A stretch of DNA of 64,000 nt from Eledone cirrhosa (Eukaryota): positions 45,694,001 through 45,758,000 of the forward strand of contig OZ024750.1 in the NCBI GenBank assembly GCA_964016885.1, given 5' to 3'. Numbering within the stretch: position 1 is the stretch's first letter; each line of letters opens with the position of its first letter. The notes beneath the pieces were generated by a model. That model was not told the origin of the DNA. It saw only the letters and a program-made list of their open reading frames with translations, and did no database searches. Made by a program: the position numbers and the translations under genes. Below are positions 1-14,911 of this stretch, piece after piece.

Positions 1-728
1 ACATATATATGTGTGTGTATACGTATGAATGAATGTATGTATTCTATGATTTGCTATGTGTGTGTGTGTGTGTGTGTGTGTCAGTGTGTGTGTATGTGTG
101 TCTATGTGTCTGTGTGTGTATGTGTGTGTGTGTCTGTTTGTGTGTGTCTGTGTAAGTATGAATGAATGTATGTATTCTATGATTTGCTATATATGTGTGT
201 GCGTGTGATAGTTTATGTGTGTGTGTGTGTGTGGGGGTATGTTGTACGTGTGTGTATGTTGAAGTGTGATTAGATGTATATATTTATAATGATCTTATGC
301 GTTCATGTGTGTTATTTAGTTTACAAAATACAATTGCTAACATCTTACCGTATCAAACCTATTTTTCGAAGTATAACATGGTGTACATTGTATGTATTGT
401 TTGGTGTTTCCATTTATCATTGTATCACGTTCTCTACATGTTGTTCTCTCTCGCTCTCTCTATCTATCTACCTATCTATCTATCTCTTTCTCTATCTCTC
501 TCTTTCTCTTTCTCTATCTCTATCTATCTACCTCCATCTCTCTCTCCATCTCTCTCTCTCTTCTTTACTCTTTCTTCACTATTTACATATTCCTCTTCTC
601 ATACACAAACAACCGCACATACAACCCCCCCCCCCACACACACACACAAATAAAATAACAATTACACACAGAGAGATACACACACGTAAACAGATCACAT
701 AAACACACGCACACACACACGCACACAG

Positions 729-800
<72 letters not shown>

Positions 801-962
801 AAGTTCAGCAGAAGCAAGGGGGACAACCGTCTATGCCTTTCAGGCTTAACTGGCAACTGCTGAACTAGAAGACAGATGAGAATATATACTTTTCTTGTCG
901 GTGTAAATGAGGTGATTAATCTCATTTGCATATGAAGCTGCACGAGTTGGCTCAACTTATAA

Positions 963-1297
963 TAAAAAAGAAATAGGATTTCGCTTCAAGCTTAGCTTTA
1001 TACAATATGTATAAATATTTCGTATCTCCAAAGAAATACGGTTTTAGGAAGCGGTAGCTATGCTGTCTTCTAGACCAGCAGTCGCAAGCGGTGGGAGGGA
1101 CCGTCCTGACGAAGGCCAGTTAATCCTGAAATGCATAGATGGTTATCCCCCTTGCCTCTGCTGGACATCACCAGAGGGCGTTAGCCCCCCCGGTGTTTGC
1201 ATAGCTACGGCTTCCTAAAAACGTATTTCTTTGGAGATACGAAATATTTATACATACTGTATAAAGTTATGCTTCAAACGAAATCCTATTTCTTTTA
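963..1297 (+). mobile_element. Short non-coding fold-back element with ~100-bp inverted arms around a hammerhead motif
   Basis: 963-1063 (AAAAGAAATAGGATTTCG...GTAGCTATGC) is the reverse complement of 1199-1297. The right end abuts (TA)n. 798-877 is an inverted, internally deleted copy of the central part. Confidence 0.75.
1099..1144 (+). ncRNA. Minimal type I hammerhead ribozyme motif
   Basis: GACCGTC-CTGACGA-AGG(ccagttaat)CCT-GAAA-TGCA-TA-GATGGTT: 7-bp stem I with G-U pairs, intact core, palindromic TGCA in place of stem III. Confidence 0.75.
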
Positions 1298-1365
1298 TAT
1301 ATATATATATATATAAGAAATAGGATATATATATATATATATATATCTATATATATATATATCTA

Positions 1366-1444
<79 letters not shown>

Positions 1445-1739
1445 TATTTTTTTATATATATATATAAAATTGAATGATTCTTAGCGAGATGGGTAGCTGC
1501 AAACAGCTGATTGCTATATGTATAAGTCGGATTATTATATGGATAAGTCGGGTTAAGATATAATCACATATTGAGCGGAGGAAGTGAGAGAGGGAGACCT
1601 CATTCTTGGTTTTCTCTTTTTCTCTTATCTTCTCTCTCTCCCTTCCTCAGCTCGATATGTGGTTACATCTTAACCCGACCTTTTACTATATTTGTAATAA
1701 GCAGTAAATGAATACTTATGTTGTATATATATATATATA

Positions 1740-4178
1740 TAAAATACGTAGTTTAGAAAGCCACAACAATGCAGATGGGAAATCTCGAGGTAGGAAGTGA
1801 ATGATAGATAGGAGAAATAGGAGAAAGTGAAAATTGAGAGAGACAAAGATGAAAACAAAACAAAGGTAGAAGGGTTACCGTAGTGGAGATTTAATCCCAA
1901 TATTTCGGGCTCACGCCCATCAACGGGGGTAAGTTCCAAAAAGGGGGGGAACAGGCTAAGCCGGAGAAAGTTGTGATGTCGTTAAAACAGGAATGCCGTT
2001 ATGGGGAGAAAATTTAAATGAGGGAAAGAATGCGCGTGCGCGTGATAGGCTGTGGCAAAAGCTACTGACCAAATGGGTTAAATCAAGAGGGTGCGCTAGC
2101 GTGTGAAAGCCGTAAAATATGTGTGTGTAAATATATATGTGTGTGTAACTGTGTGTGTATATGTGTAAGTGTGTATATGTGTGAGTGTGTGTGTGTGTGA
2201 AAGATAGTGGGCTGTAGAAGCTGGAAATCAAAGGGTGTGAAAGGTGGTAGGTTGTAAAACATGTGTGCGTGTATAAATATAGATGTGTGTGTGTATGCGT
2301 ATGGGTATATATGTATGTGTAACTGTGTGTGTATATGTGTAAGTGTGTATATGTGTGAGTGCGTGTGTGTGTGAAAGATAGTGGGCTGTAGAAGCTGGAA
2401 ATCAAAGGGTGTGAAAGGTGGTAGGTTGTAAAAACATGTGTGCGTGTATAAATATAGATGTGTGTGTGTATGCGTATGGGTATATATGTATGTGTAACTG
2501 TGTGTGTATATGTGTAAGTGTGTATATGTGTGAGTGCGTGTGTGTGTGAAAGATAGTGGGCTGTAGAAGCTGGAAATCAAAGGGTGTGAAAGGTGGTAGG
2601 TTGTAAAAACATGTGTGCGTGTATAAATATAGATGTGTGTGTGTATGCGTATGGGTATGCATATACGTGCGTGTGTGTGAAAATAGCAGGCCTTAAGGGC
2701 TGTGAATGGTCACTATGGTTAAATTAGCCATGTCAGCTCATTTCTCTCAGCCCGGTTGTTAAGTGGGGGTCTGAGGTTATTAATAACAAGTGCTTCCTTT
2801 ATCCTTAAGGATCCGATGCTGCGTTCAGTCGCTAGGACTGTGACCAAGGGTCTACCCTGTGGGTTTCCGCATTTAAGGATGTGTTTACGGAAGGAACACC
2901 ATCCGCAGGGCCATACGGACGGAGGGATTTGACATACATTTGGCCCACACAGGACCTTCGCTGCGAAGATGCCTCTCCAACAAACCCGACGAGTCAGATG
3001 GGACGTGTTCCCTCAGCAACTGGCCGATACGCGGGGCAGATTGCCTACGCACCTATGTCGTATATAAGATTCAATGCGATAAATGTAACAAGTTTTACAT
3101 AGGTAGCACCATCCGATCCCTACATGTTCGTATCAAGGAACATATCAACACCAACGCATCTTCCTTCCGTAAACACATCCTTAAATGCGGAAACCCACAG
3201 GGTAGACCCTTGGTCACAGTCCTAGCGACTGAACGCAGCATCGGATCCTTAAGGATAAAGGAAGCACTTGTTATTAAGAACCTCAGACCCCCACTTAACA
3301 ACCGGGCTGAGAGAAATGAGCTGACATGGCTAATTTAACCATAGTGACCATTCACAGCCCTTACGGCCTGCTGTTTTCACACACACGCACGTATATGCAT
3401 ACCCATACGCATACACACACACATCTATATTTATACACGCACACATGTTTTTACAACCTACCACCTTTCACACCCTTTGATTTCCAGCTTCTACAGCCCA
3501 CTATCTTTCACACACACACGCACTCACACATATACACACTTACACATATACACACACAGTTACACACACATATATACCCATACGCATACACACACACATC
3601 TATATTTATACACGCACACATGTTTTACAACCTACCACCTTTCACACCCTTTGATTTCCAGCTTCTACAGCCCACTATCTTTCACACACACACACACTCA
3701 CACATATACACACTTACACATATACACACACAGTTACACACACATATATATTTACACACACATATTTTACGGCTTTCACACGCTAGCGCACCCTCTTGAT
3801 TTAACCCATTTGGTCAGTAGCTTTTTCCACAGCCTATCACGCGCACGCGCATTCTTTCCCTCATTTAAATTTTCTCCCCATAACGGCATTCCTGTTTTAA
3901 CGACATCACAACTTTCTCCGGCTTAGCCTGTTCCCCCCCTTTTTGGAACTTTCCCCCGTTGATGGGCGTGAGCCCGAAATATTGGGATTAAATCTCAACT
4001 ACGGTAACCCTTCTACCTTTGTTTTGTTTTCATCTTTGTCTCTCTCAATTTTCACTTTCTCCTATTTCTCCTATCTATCATTCACTTCCTACCTCGAGAT
4101 TTCCCATCTGCATTGTTGTGGCTTTCTAAACTACGTATTTTACACAATTCACAATGCTTCAAGCAAACTTTAACACCC

Positions 4179-4180
<2 letters not shown>
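1740..4180 (+). mobile_element. Penelope-like retroelement 1, heavily 5'-truncated, with inverted duplication of the 3' end
   Basis: 1740-2896 is the reverse complement of 3161-4142. The spacer and right arm encode a GIY-YIG domain. Both ends abut (TA)n, and a ~40-bp tail (4143-4180) is on the right arm only. Confidence 0.85.
2940..3338 (+). pseudogene. PLE C-terminal GIY-YIG endonuclease fragment
   Basis: VVYKIQCDKCNKFYIGSTIRSLHVRIKEH...SFRKH...LRIKEALVIKNLRPPLN matches the PLE GIY-YIG pattern. No RT lies upstream. Confidence 0.85.
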
Positions 4181-4275
<95 letters not shown>

Positions 4276-4308
4276 CGTGTGAGTGTTGTGTATGTGTGTG
4301 TGTGTATT

Positions 4309-4340
<32 letters not shown>

Positions 4341-4354
4341 TATATATATATATA

Positions 4355-4497
4355 AATAACGGGTGAAAGCAGCGATTCTTTGTTTAAACTTTAATCTGTC
4401 ATTTTAATATATATTTGCTCTAGGGTTCTTATATGTTTCACATATATTTATCCGTATCGAACCTTCTTTGGATTTTAGTCTTCAAATTTATTATTAT

Positions 4498-4500
<3 letters not shown>
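4355..4500 (+). mobile_element. 3' end of a PLE-type short element (same family as 46861-47080 and 18599-18655)
   Basis: GGGTGAAAGCAGCGATTCTTTG...GTCTTCAAATTTATTATTATTAC matches 46861-47005 in reverse complement; flanked by (TA)n. Confidence 0.6.
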
Positions 4501-4579
<79 letters not shown>

Positions 4580-4954
4580 GTATATGTTCGTGTGTGTAGG
4601 AGTAGGTGTAAGTGTGTGTGTGGGGGTTGTGTGTCGATATATAATTAGATAGATATATAGAAACATAGACGTTTGTCAGTTATGTGTTCAAGTAAATGTT
4701 CTTTTTTCTTAGAAACTTTTCCGAGATAAAAAAAGACATTTCTATGTCTCACAGAATTGTTCATATTGTATAGCAATATATATTGGATACCATTTTATTT
4801 CCTATTTGTAACTATTGACTGTTAGTTTCACTGGCGTGTAGGAGACTATCAGTTTGTATTAGTACTTTCTTCTCACAAACAATAGTAATTGGGAATGTCA
4901 TAAGTCGGAACAACTTTTTTAATAGCTTAGGTGAGTACGAAGAATGGTACACTT

Positions 4955-5433
4955 TATTATTTGAAGAGTGTTGAATTGGCAGTTTCGGCAGAGGGTCGGA
5001 CGCCATGCTTTGCCGCGTAGCGTTACGGCCCTTTATGATCTGAGTTCAAATCCCGCCGAGCTTAACTTTGCATTTCATCCTTACGGAGTCGATAAAATAA
5101 AGTACAAGTCAAGCACTGGGGTCAATTTCATCCGCTCCCCCCCCCCAAAAAAAAAAAAAATTGCTGGCCTTGTGGCTAAATAAGAAACCATTATTTGAAG
5201 AGTGTTGAATTGGCAGTATCGGTAGAGCGTCGGACACCCTGCTTCGTGACAGAGATTTAGGGCCATTTATATTCTGAGTTCAAATCCCACCGAGGCTAGA
5301 TTTGTCTTTCATCCTTACGGGGTCGATAAAATAAAGTATCAGTAATACACCGGGATCGATCTAATCGACTTTCCCTTCCCCTTCACAATGCTGGCCTTGT
5401 GCCTAATGTAGAAACAGTAATTATTTGAAGAGT
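4955..5433 (+). mobile_element. Two tandem SINE copies (tRNA-derived head, Nin/Deu-like central domain)
   Basis: Two ~235-bp units, each with TGGCAG..GGTAGAG, a B-box (GAGTTCAAATCC), TTTCATCCTTACGGGGTCGATAAAATAAAGTAC and TTGCTGGCCTTGTGCCTAA. Confidence 0.75.
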
Positions 5434-6609
5434 CTCTGTAACTATCAGTTATATAGAAGGATGTCACAAACACTTTTGCGTTTCTCTATTAGCCTGCACC
5501 TTTTTTTCAAACTCCCGTATTATCCTGATACCGGTTATACCACTGGATTCCCTTAAAGACTAAGAGGTTTTATAGGCAAACTGGGTGAGAAATTGATTAA
5601 TTAAGAATACCGTCTCTCTTCTAAAATATGTTTAGAGATACAATCCATTCAACAGGATAATTCTCAGTTTGAGCAACTGCAGATTCGAACTCAGGTCTTG
5701 GGTCAAATCGAAATTTTCGAACCACTTTAAGACCTTTTGATAATTTAGATTAAAAATTATCCTCGCTATTATATTATTCAAACTCAGATCAGTGACTGAT
5801 CTAACTACTCTGCGAGTTCACCAATTACCACCAATGAACTAAAATCTCTTATACTATCTAGATTCCATAAACAACAGACAGTCATGATTCAGCAACCGTT
5901 TGAACATAGGTCATTTCTATCAAAGCTGATTAAGTTTTAATGGCAAAAAAGAAAAAATATCAACGTTCAAATGTTGGTTTTCTTTTTAATCTATTGTAAA
6001 CCGATAAGAATTTGAAATAATCGATATTAGACCTTGGGTTAATTCTTTAGATATCGTAGTTTAAACCTTATCAATGTTGAAACAATTTAGCGTATTTTTT
6101 CAAACTTGAATGTCTTAATTTTCTTTATTAATTTGTTTCCTTTTTCTTTTTGAGTTGGAAATTTCCACTTTATATGTATTCTTAACATAGAGAATATCCA
6201 TCCTTAGCCTAAGTAAACTACTGGTATGTCAAAAGGTTTAGGAAATGAATGTGAAAAGATTAAAGTGAATTACATATATTAATGAAGCTTAAACTATCCA
6301 ATTGTTCCCATCCGTATAAGTGTTTTGAACCGTTCACTTTTCTAAATTTTAATTTTCAACGGTTGACTGACATCACCCGTTTTTCCGGGGCTATTGTCTT
6401 CCGAACAATGGTTGTGTTTCCACCCCTACGTTCATATCTCAAGTCTACTTCCTATCGTCTTTTTACTGTTTATTTCTTCTTTTATATATTTATGTAGGTA
6501 TTATTATAATTTAATGTTTAATTAATTCCGAGGTCGTTATGATTGTTTACAATCCATGCTTTTACGATAAAATGAAACATTATAATAGCAACAGATAATT
6601 ATACATACT

Positions 6610-6684
<75 letters not shown>

Positions 6685-6764
6685 GGTAAACATAGATAAC
6701 AACACAATCGATAACGTATATGGAGGGATATATTAGGTTAACGCTTGATATGGCAGAAAGTGGG

Positions 6765-6800
6765 TCTTAATGTTTCGGACGCTAGTCCTTCGTCAGAAGA
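6765..6800 (-). ncRNA. Minimal hammerhead-like motif
   Basis: Minus strand TCTT-CTGACGA-A-GGAC(tagc)GTCC-GAAACATTAAGA. Core and stem II are clear; stems I and III are weak. Confidence 0.55.
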
Positions 6801-7011
6801 AAGAATGAGAAATAAGATAGATTGAGGGGACGGGCGGGATGGAATTGGAAAAAATGTATTTAGATAAAAATAACAGGACCATTTATGTTGAGATATCGGA
6901 ACTAGCAAGAGTATTACTGCTTCGGTGAAATTTGTAACGTAAAAAAACGATAACAATGTTATTATTATTATTTTTAAATTTTGTTTTTAATTAATTTACC
7001 TGTGAATATGT

Positions 7012-7059
<48 letters not shown>

Positions 7060-7594
7060 ATATGGAGAAAAAACGATTATTAGGATGAAAAATATATATT
7101 TTTTCCTTTTATTTTATCTCTTTTTTCTGGGTTAGAAAATGTTTAAAACAAATATTTTACTTTGTGTGAAGTGTTAAGGTATTAGTTAATTTATTTATTA
7201 ATTAACAATGGAATTTATTTATTTATTTATATAATTAATAATTGTCTATTACCGCATTTTATGCATTATCAAAGCGGGGAATTTGTATTGGTATAAAATG
7301 TTGGAGAGGAAATAATGTGATGTTGAACATGTTAAGGAAATGGGTAAGAAAGAATAATATTATTTACAAACAAGGTTTTTGAGGTAAAAAAAAGGGGGGG
7401 GGTAAATAACATTATTCTTTCTGCACCTTCTCTTTAACATGTGCGACACTACACTAATACATTTCACCATCATTTGATAATGTATAAAAATGATGAAACC
7501 GGTAATAGACAATTACTAAATATATAAATAGATAAAGAGAAACAAAAAATAAAAAAAATGTTCTTCCTAATAAGCGTCTCTTTCTCCCTGTTTT

Positions 7595-7632
<38 letters not shown>

Positions 7633-7636
<4 letters not shown>

Positions 7637-7794
7637 GAAGGAAATGTGGTAAGGAACCAGGTGGACCATAACGCAACAAAGTACTCAATACTTAGGGTAG
7701 TAGAGTGGGTAATAGGAACGAGTAGGACCCCGACGGCTGAGCTCAAGCCGTCGAAACGGCTTGAGCTCAGCCGTCGGGGTCCTACTCGTTCCTA
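7633..7794 (-). mobile_element. Fold-back family B copy
   Basis: Perfect ~38-bp palindrome arms 7713-7794 around TCGAAA, plus a unique tail shared with 63048-63131; (TA)n on both sides. Confidence 0.75.
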
Positions 7795-8674
7795 TATATA
7801 TATATATATATATATATACCAACATATACACAACTTTACTAAATTAATTAAAAACAAAGGAAAAAATAAAAAAATTATAATTACATCTTTATCGTTTATT
7901 TTACGTTACGAATTTCACCGAATATGATTTCAAAATGATACGTCTTATCAAAGTTCAAGTTGAGCTTCCGATTAATGACAATTCATTATTTAAGGAGAAG
8001 GAACACAGAGAACAACAATAGCCGGACGAAAATGGAAGAGTTACAAATAGAAACCAAATTAAGATTATTATGTCCTTGAGACACTAAATACAAAAAATAT
8101 ATAACAAAACATAGAAAGAAGTCAACTGATAGACAAGACTTAACGACAACATGGGGACTAAATAATCTAGTTTTTAGTGCAAATTTGTATAGTTTGTGTT
8201 GTTTTGTTTTTAATTTTGCTGTATTTTGTTCCTCTTAGTTATGTCCTTTACGCTAAGAATTTCAGGATGTATGTCAGGGCAAGTGATGATTTTTGGAAAC
8301 GGAAGGGCAATTGGTCAAGGAGAAAATTACAAAAGAACGGAAAAAAATAAAAATATAAATAAAATAAAAAAATATAACATGAACAAAAACAACAATAACA
8401 GTAATAATAACAATAAATATAATAACTATAACCAGTGGAACAAGGAGAAGATTACTTGGGTGGGGGTGGGATTTTGTTGCTTGCCCAAAGGTTTATGAGA
8501 TAAAGTATACTACTATATGCTATTGTGTCCATTGTATTGACCCAAAAGGGTCGTGTCTGTTGTTTATTTAAGTATCTACTGTTGGTTAAGAATGGGGTGG
8601 CGGGGAAAAGTTCTCTCCCTTCGTACATTGCCTGTGACTAAATGTGTAGCTTTTACAATGTTTATGTGTGTGTT

Positions 8675-8711
<37 letters not shown>

Positions 8712-8721
8712 GAAGTATTTT

Positions 8722-8899
8722 TGTAGGAAAGGTAAAGGAAAAGAGAGTGCTCTATGTAGGCGACAGAGCTTTTTAGTTATGTAATAAATAACATAAGATA
8801 ATTAATTCATTTACCAGTGGTTTCTTGAAGACAGATATAAATATCTGTCTTCAAGAAACCACTGGTACATGGATTAATTATCTTATGTTGTTTATTATG

Positions 8900-8905
<6 letters not shown>
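8722..8905 (-). mobile_element. Fold-back element containing the 3' half of a hammerhead (related to 34388-34583)
   Basis: Palindrome 8775-8905 centred on GACAGATAT-AA-ATATCTGTC, followed by GAAA-CC-ACT-GG-TA. Tail AAGAGTGCTCTATGTA..ACAGAGCTTTTT is shared with 34420-34452. Confidence 0.65.
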
Positions 8906-8966
<61 letters not shown>

Positions 8967-9869
8967 CTTCATATATACATAGACACAAAGATACATACAC
9001 ACACGCTTATATGTAATATGCATACCGCATACGTTAATACATAAATACATACATCATTTGTACACACACACATACAATCTTACATACATACATACATACA
9101 CATGCAATCATATATACATACACACATTTGAACATACACACATACAATCATCCATCTATACATACATTTTTACACGCACGCATACAATGATACATACATG
9201 TATGCATACCTGCCTACATACGTACATAGATACATACATACACACATACAAACACATATTACCAGACACCAGTGTAGATATATGTGTGTGTGTGATTTAT
9301 TTATATGTGTATGTGGATGTATGTGTATCTGTGAGTATTTCGAGTATAAATGCGTGTATGTGAACTATTGTATATGTTCGGTTGTTTGTTTACATCTGTA
9401 TACACGACTCAGTGTGGGTGTGCGGGAGTGCGCATGTGTGTGCACGTGTATACGTATATGTGGGAGTGCGGGCGTGCACGTGTACGTACGTGTATGCTTG
9501 TGTATGCGCATGCAGTTGTCTAACTCTGTGTATCCAAAGGAACCAGTGGTAGTGGTGGGGGAGGGGATGCACCTATATTAAGGTAATTACGTCCGCAGTG
9601 AGAAGAAAATACAAACAAACAAATAAACAGAAAATAGAAATGGTCCAGCAGAATCGCACACCCACACATACACATACAGACATACACAGTTGCACACACA
9701 TACACATACACAGTCACAGATACACAGTTACACACACATACACATACACAGACACAGATACACAGTTACACACATATACACAGACACAAATATACAGTTA
9801 CACACACATACATACAGATACAGATAGACATAAATACACAGTCACAGACACAGAGACACACACACACAC

Positions 9870-9930
<61 letters not shown>

Positions 9931-9974
9931 TTTCTGCTGGACCTTTTCTCTCTCTCTTTCTCTCTCTCTCGATA

Positions 9975-10675
<701 letters not shown>

Positions 10676-10919
10676 TGTTATTACTATTGTTCTTATTATC
10701 CTTGTTATTATATTAGAGAAAGGGTGTATTGCCAAGTAATTACAGAGTAGTGAGGCTAATAAATTGTCCATCCGTAGTGTTTAATATCGTTGCTGAGAGA
10801 TTCACAAGACTCGGGGTAATTCTTATAAGAATCATGACATTACCAGAGAGAAGGTTCGCTGTCTCACAACTGACAGTTCTGTCTTAAGATGGACGTCATT
10901 ACTTCAATGATTACCATCA

Positions 10920-12290
10920 TCACTATTATCCCTATTAGTCAGAATCGTCATAGCTCTACTATTAACACCACTACCACAACCGCCACTAACTGTAAATGCT
11001 GCTACAATCATCACTAACATTACAATAAATACATACTTCACTGTCCTACTACTAATACCATCGTCATTAGTACTCCCACCACAAACAACTGCTACCATCG
11101 TCACTAGTACTACCACCACAAACAACTACTACCATCGTCACTAGTACTACCACCACAAACAACTGCTACCACCGTCACTATTACTACCACGCCGAACAAC
11201 CACTACCATCAAAACTAAGACTACCACTATTATCGTAACTATTAAAACCACCAGTAAGTCCAACACTATCCCTCATACCAACTTAACTAACTACTCCACC
11301 ATTAACATTTCCACCACAAATACCACTACAATTGATAACACTTAATACTTACACACCACCACTAATGTTACTACAACCGACTCTCTCATTACTAACTATA
11401 CCTCTTACATCTCACTACAACCGACTATCTCACAACTAACAACAACAGCACTACAACCAGCTCTAATACAGCTAACAATACCTGTTAAACCACCACTACT
11501 AATGCCACTGCAACAAAGTGTCTCACAACTAACAACAATACCACCACCACCACCACCACTACCACCAATACCACCAACACCGCCACTGACGCCACCACCA
11601 CTACTACCACACCACAACCACTACCACCGCTGCCACAACTACCACCAACACCAACACCACAACCAACACCCCCACCACTACCACCACCGCCACTGACGCC
11701 ACCACCACTACTACCACACCACAACCACTACCACCACTACCGCAACTAACACCAATACCACCAGCACAACCAACACCGCCAGCACTATCACCACCACCAC
11801 CACCACCACCACCACCACATCTGCAGCCATCACCACCACCGACACCACCACAACCATCATCACCACCACGACCGCCACCACTACCACCACCGCCACTGAC
11901 GCCACCACCACTACTACCACACCACAACCACTCCCACCACTACCACAACTACCACCAACCACTCCCACCACCACAACCAACACCGCAACAGCAACCACCA
12001 CCACCACCACAGCTGCAACCAACAACGACACCATCACTACCACTACTACCACCAACAGCGCCACCACTACCACTAGCGCCACTGACGCCACCACCACTAC
12101 AACCAAACCACAACCACTACCACCACTACCACCACCACCACCACCACTACCACCACTACCACCACTACCACCACCACCACCACCAACACCACCACAGCTG
12201 CAGCCATCACCATCACCACCACCGACACCACCACAACCATCATCACCACCACCACCGCCACAACCACCACCACCACTACTACCACACCAC
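10920..12290. repeat. ACC/ACT trinucleotide-rich low-complexity tract with recurring CGCCACTGACGCCACCACCACTAC units
   Basis: Direct inspection. Confidence 0.85.
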
Positions 12291-13447
12291 GCTAAATAGA
12301 ACCCAAAACTCCAATACCACCCATCCAACACCATCACCACGGTAATTACACCCCGCCAACACCAGCAACACCATCACCACGGTAAATACCACTCCGCCAA
12401 CACCAAGAACACAGTCACCACAGTAAATACCATCCCGCCAACACCACCAACACCGTCACCACGTTAAATAGAACCAACAACTCCAATACCACCCCGCCAA
12501 CACCACCAACACCGTCACCACGTTAAATAGAACCAACAACACCAATACCACCCCTCCATCACCACCAACACCATCATCACGGTAAATACCACCCCTCCAA
12601 CACCAACAACACCGTCACCACGCTAAATAGAACCAACAACTCCAATACCACCCCTCCATCACCACCAACACCATCATCACGGTAAATACCACCCCTCCAA
12701 CACCACCAACACCGTCACCACGTTAAATAGAACCAACAACTCCAATACCACCCTTCCAACACCACCAACACCATCATCACGGTAAATAGAACCAACAACT
12801 CCAATACCACCCCTTCAACACCACCAACACCATCATCACGGTAAATACCACCCCGCCAACACCACTAACACCGTCACTACGGTAAATACCAACCCTCCAA
12901 CACCAACAACACCGTTACCACGTTAAATAGAACCAACAACTCCAATACCACCCTTCCAACACCACCAACACCGTCACCACGGTAAATAGAACCAACAACT
13001 CCAATACCACCCCTCCAAAACCACCAACACCATCATCACGGTGAATACCACCCCGCCAACACCACCAACACCGCCACCACGGTAAATAGAACCAACAACT
13101 CCAATACCACCCTTCCAACACCAACAACACCATCATCACGGTAAATACCACACCGCCAACACCACCAACACCGTCACCACGGTAAATAGAACCAACAACT
13201 CCCATACCACCCCGCCAACACCATTAACACCGTCACCACGTTAAATAGAACCAACAACTCCAATACCACCCTTCCAACACCACCAACACCATCATCACGG
13301 TAAATACCACCCCGCCAACACCAGCAACACCGTCACCACGTTAAATAGAACCAACAACTCCAATAGCACCCTTCCAACACCACCAACACCATCATCACGG
13401 TAAATACCACCCCTCCAACACCAACAACACCGTCACTACGGTAAATA
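12290..13447. repeat. Minisatellite of alternating ~39- and ~57-bp related units (CACG(G/T)TAAATA(CC/GAACCAACAACTCCAATACC)...)
   Basis: More than 20 recurring TAAATA-anchored units. Confidence 0.9.
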
Positions 13448-13942
13448 CGAATAAGTGAAGAGTAATTTTTGATGTCTCTTAAATACAGACGTTAGATATT
13501 AGACAGAGCAAAGTGGAGATGACCAGAGGAGCTAATGACGAAATGATGAAGAAATGATGACGATAATAGCTGGTTTCAAGCAACGCTAAGAGCTGCTTTA
13601 CTTTAATTCTAACCGTCGGACAAAGCGTTATCTCTTCAAGCATCTCCTAATAAGGCCCCGGTCGCCATTTTGAACGATTGTCTCTCTAACGGTAAATAGA
13701 ATTTTGACGAGCAAATCATTTATATACAGCCGCCATTTTCCAGCTGGCATAATGCATATGAAACCTGTGAAGGCGAAGATGGGGCTGGTTGTATTAAAGA
13801 GATATAAATGAGAGGGATGAATAGAGATGCGTGGGGAGAAAGTATTAAAGAAATGAAGAGAGAAGGCGACTGGAGAATCGGATAGATACACATTTATACA
13901 GACGCACACACACACACACATCAGCAGATAGATCCATATATA

Positions 13943-13975
<33 letters not shown>

Positions 13976-14061
13976 ATTAGAATTTTATTTCTCACTCTAG
14001 CATACTTACACACACGCACACACACATATATATATTACACACACACACACAAGCATTCAAA

Positions 14062-14106
<45 letters not shown>

Positions 14107-14298
14107 ATTTGAATGCGTATGGAGATAGAGAGAGAATGGAGGGGAGAGAGAGAGAGAGTGAGAGAGTGTGAGAGAGAGAGAAAGAGAGAGCGAGAGAGGG
14201 AAGGAGGAAGGGATAGACTTATGTATCTAGAAAAACATATACCTAATTAGCTACATGCATGGATCGAGAAATGATTATCGGCACGGATAGATAGATAC

Positions 14299-14333
<35 letters not shown>

Positions 14334-14334
<1 letters not shown>

Positions 14335-14514
14335 GTTATTCCGGGTTGAATCGGAGGTAACCACAGTAAGTAAGGTACTCAATACATAGCAGAGTATAAC
14401 AGTTTTAATATAGATGAGATTCTACAGGACTAGAACCGTTTCATTCATTAGAAATCATCAGGAATCTCTGATGATTTCTAATGAATGAAACAGTTCTAGT
14501 CCTGTAGAATCTCA

Positions 14515-14520
<6 letters not shown>
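14334..14520 (-). mobile_element. Fold-back element with two opposed hammerhead-like cores
   Basis: Palindrome 14409-14520. CTGATGA-TTTC(taat)GAAT-GAAAC at 14468-14491 is mirrored on the minus strand. The tail contains GTACTCAATAC, as in family B. Confidence 0.65.
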
Positions 14521-14597
<77 letters not shown>

Positions 14598-14872
14598 ATA
14601 TAAATATATAGTTTTGCGAGGTTTTTTAGATGAAATCGTGTGTCGAAACAGATATTGTTATATTTGGGGAGGGTCATATTTGCGTAATATTGCCAGAATT
14701 AATAACAGAACACACTCACTGTTTGGTTGGTTTTCGCTTCTCGCTGTCTTTTATATATATATATCTGCGATCTAACTTACTCGGTCCTCAATGTTGCCAT
14801 TGACTGACCGGCGGTCAAAAATAATACAGATACAATATAGACAAACACATATATATATAGTTTACATAATTT

Positions 14873-14911
14873 ACATAAATCTTTCGTTGCACATCTGCAA
14901 CATCGTCAGTG
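14873..14911 (-). ncRNA. Minimal hammerhead motif in the 3' UTR of PLE 2
   Basis: Reverse-complement copy of 18289-18327. Confidence 0.65.

Noticed and set aside
274-702. This and the many other [16 protein letters not shown] ORFs in the track
   Set aside because: They are translations of (TA)n, (CA)n and (GA)n microsatellites, which lack stop codons.
10920-13447. Mucin-like Thr/Pro-rich exon
   Set aside because: The frame shifts between Thr-, Pro- and His-rich readings, the minisatellite has frequent TAA/TAG, and no flanking domains or splice support are visible.
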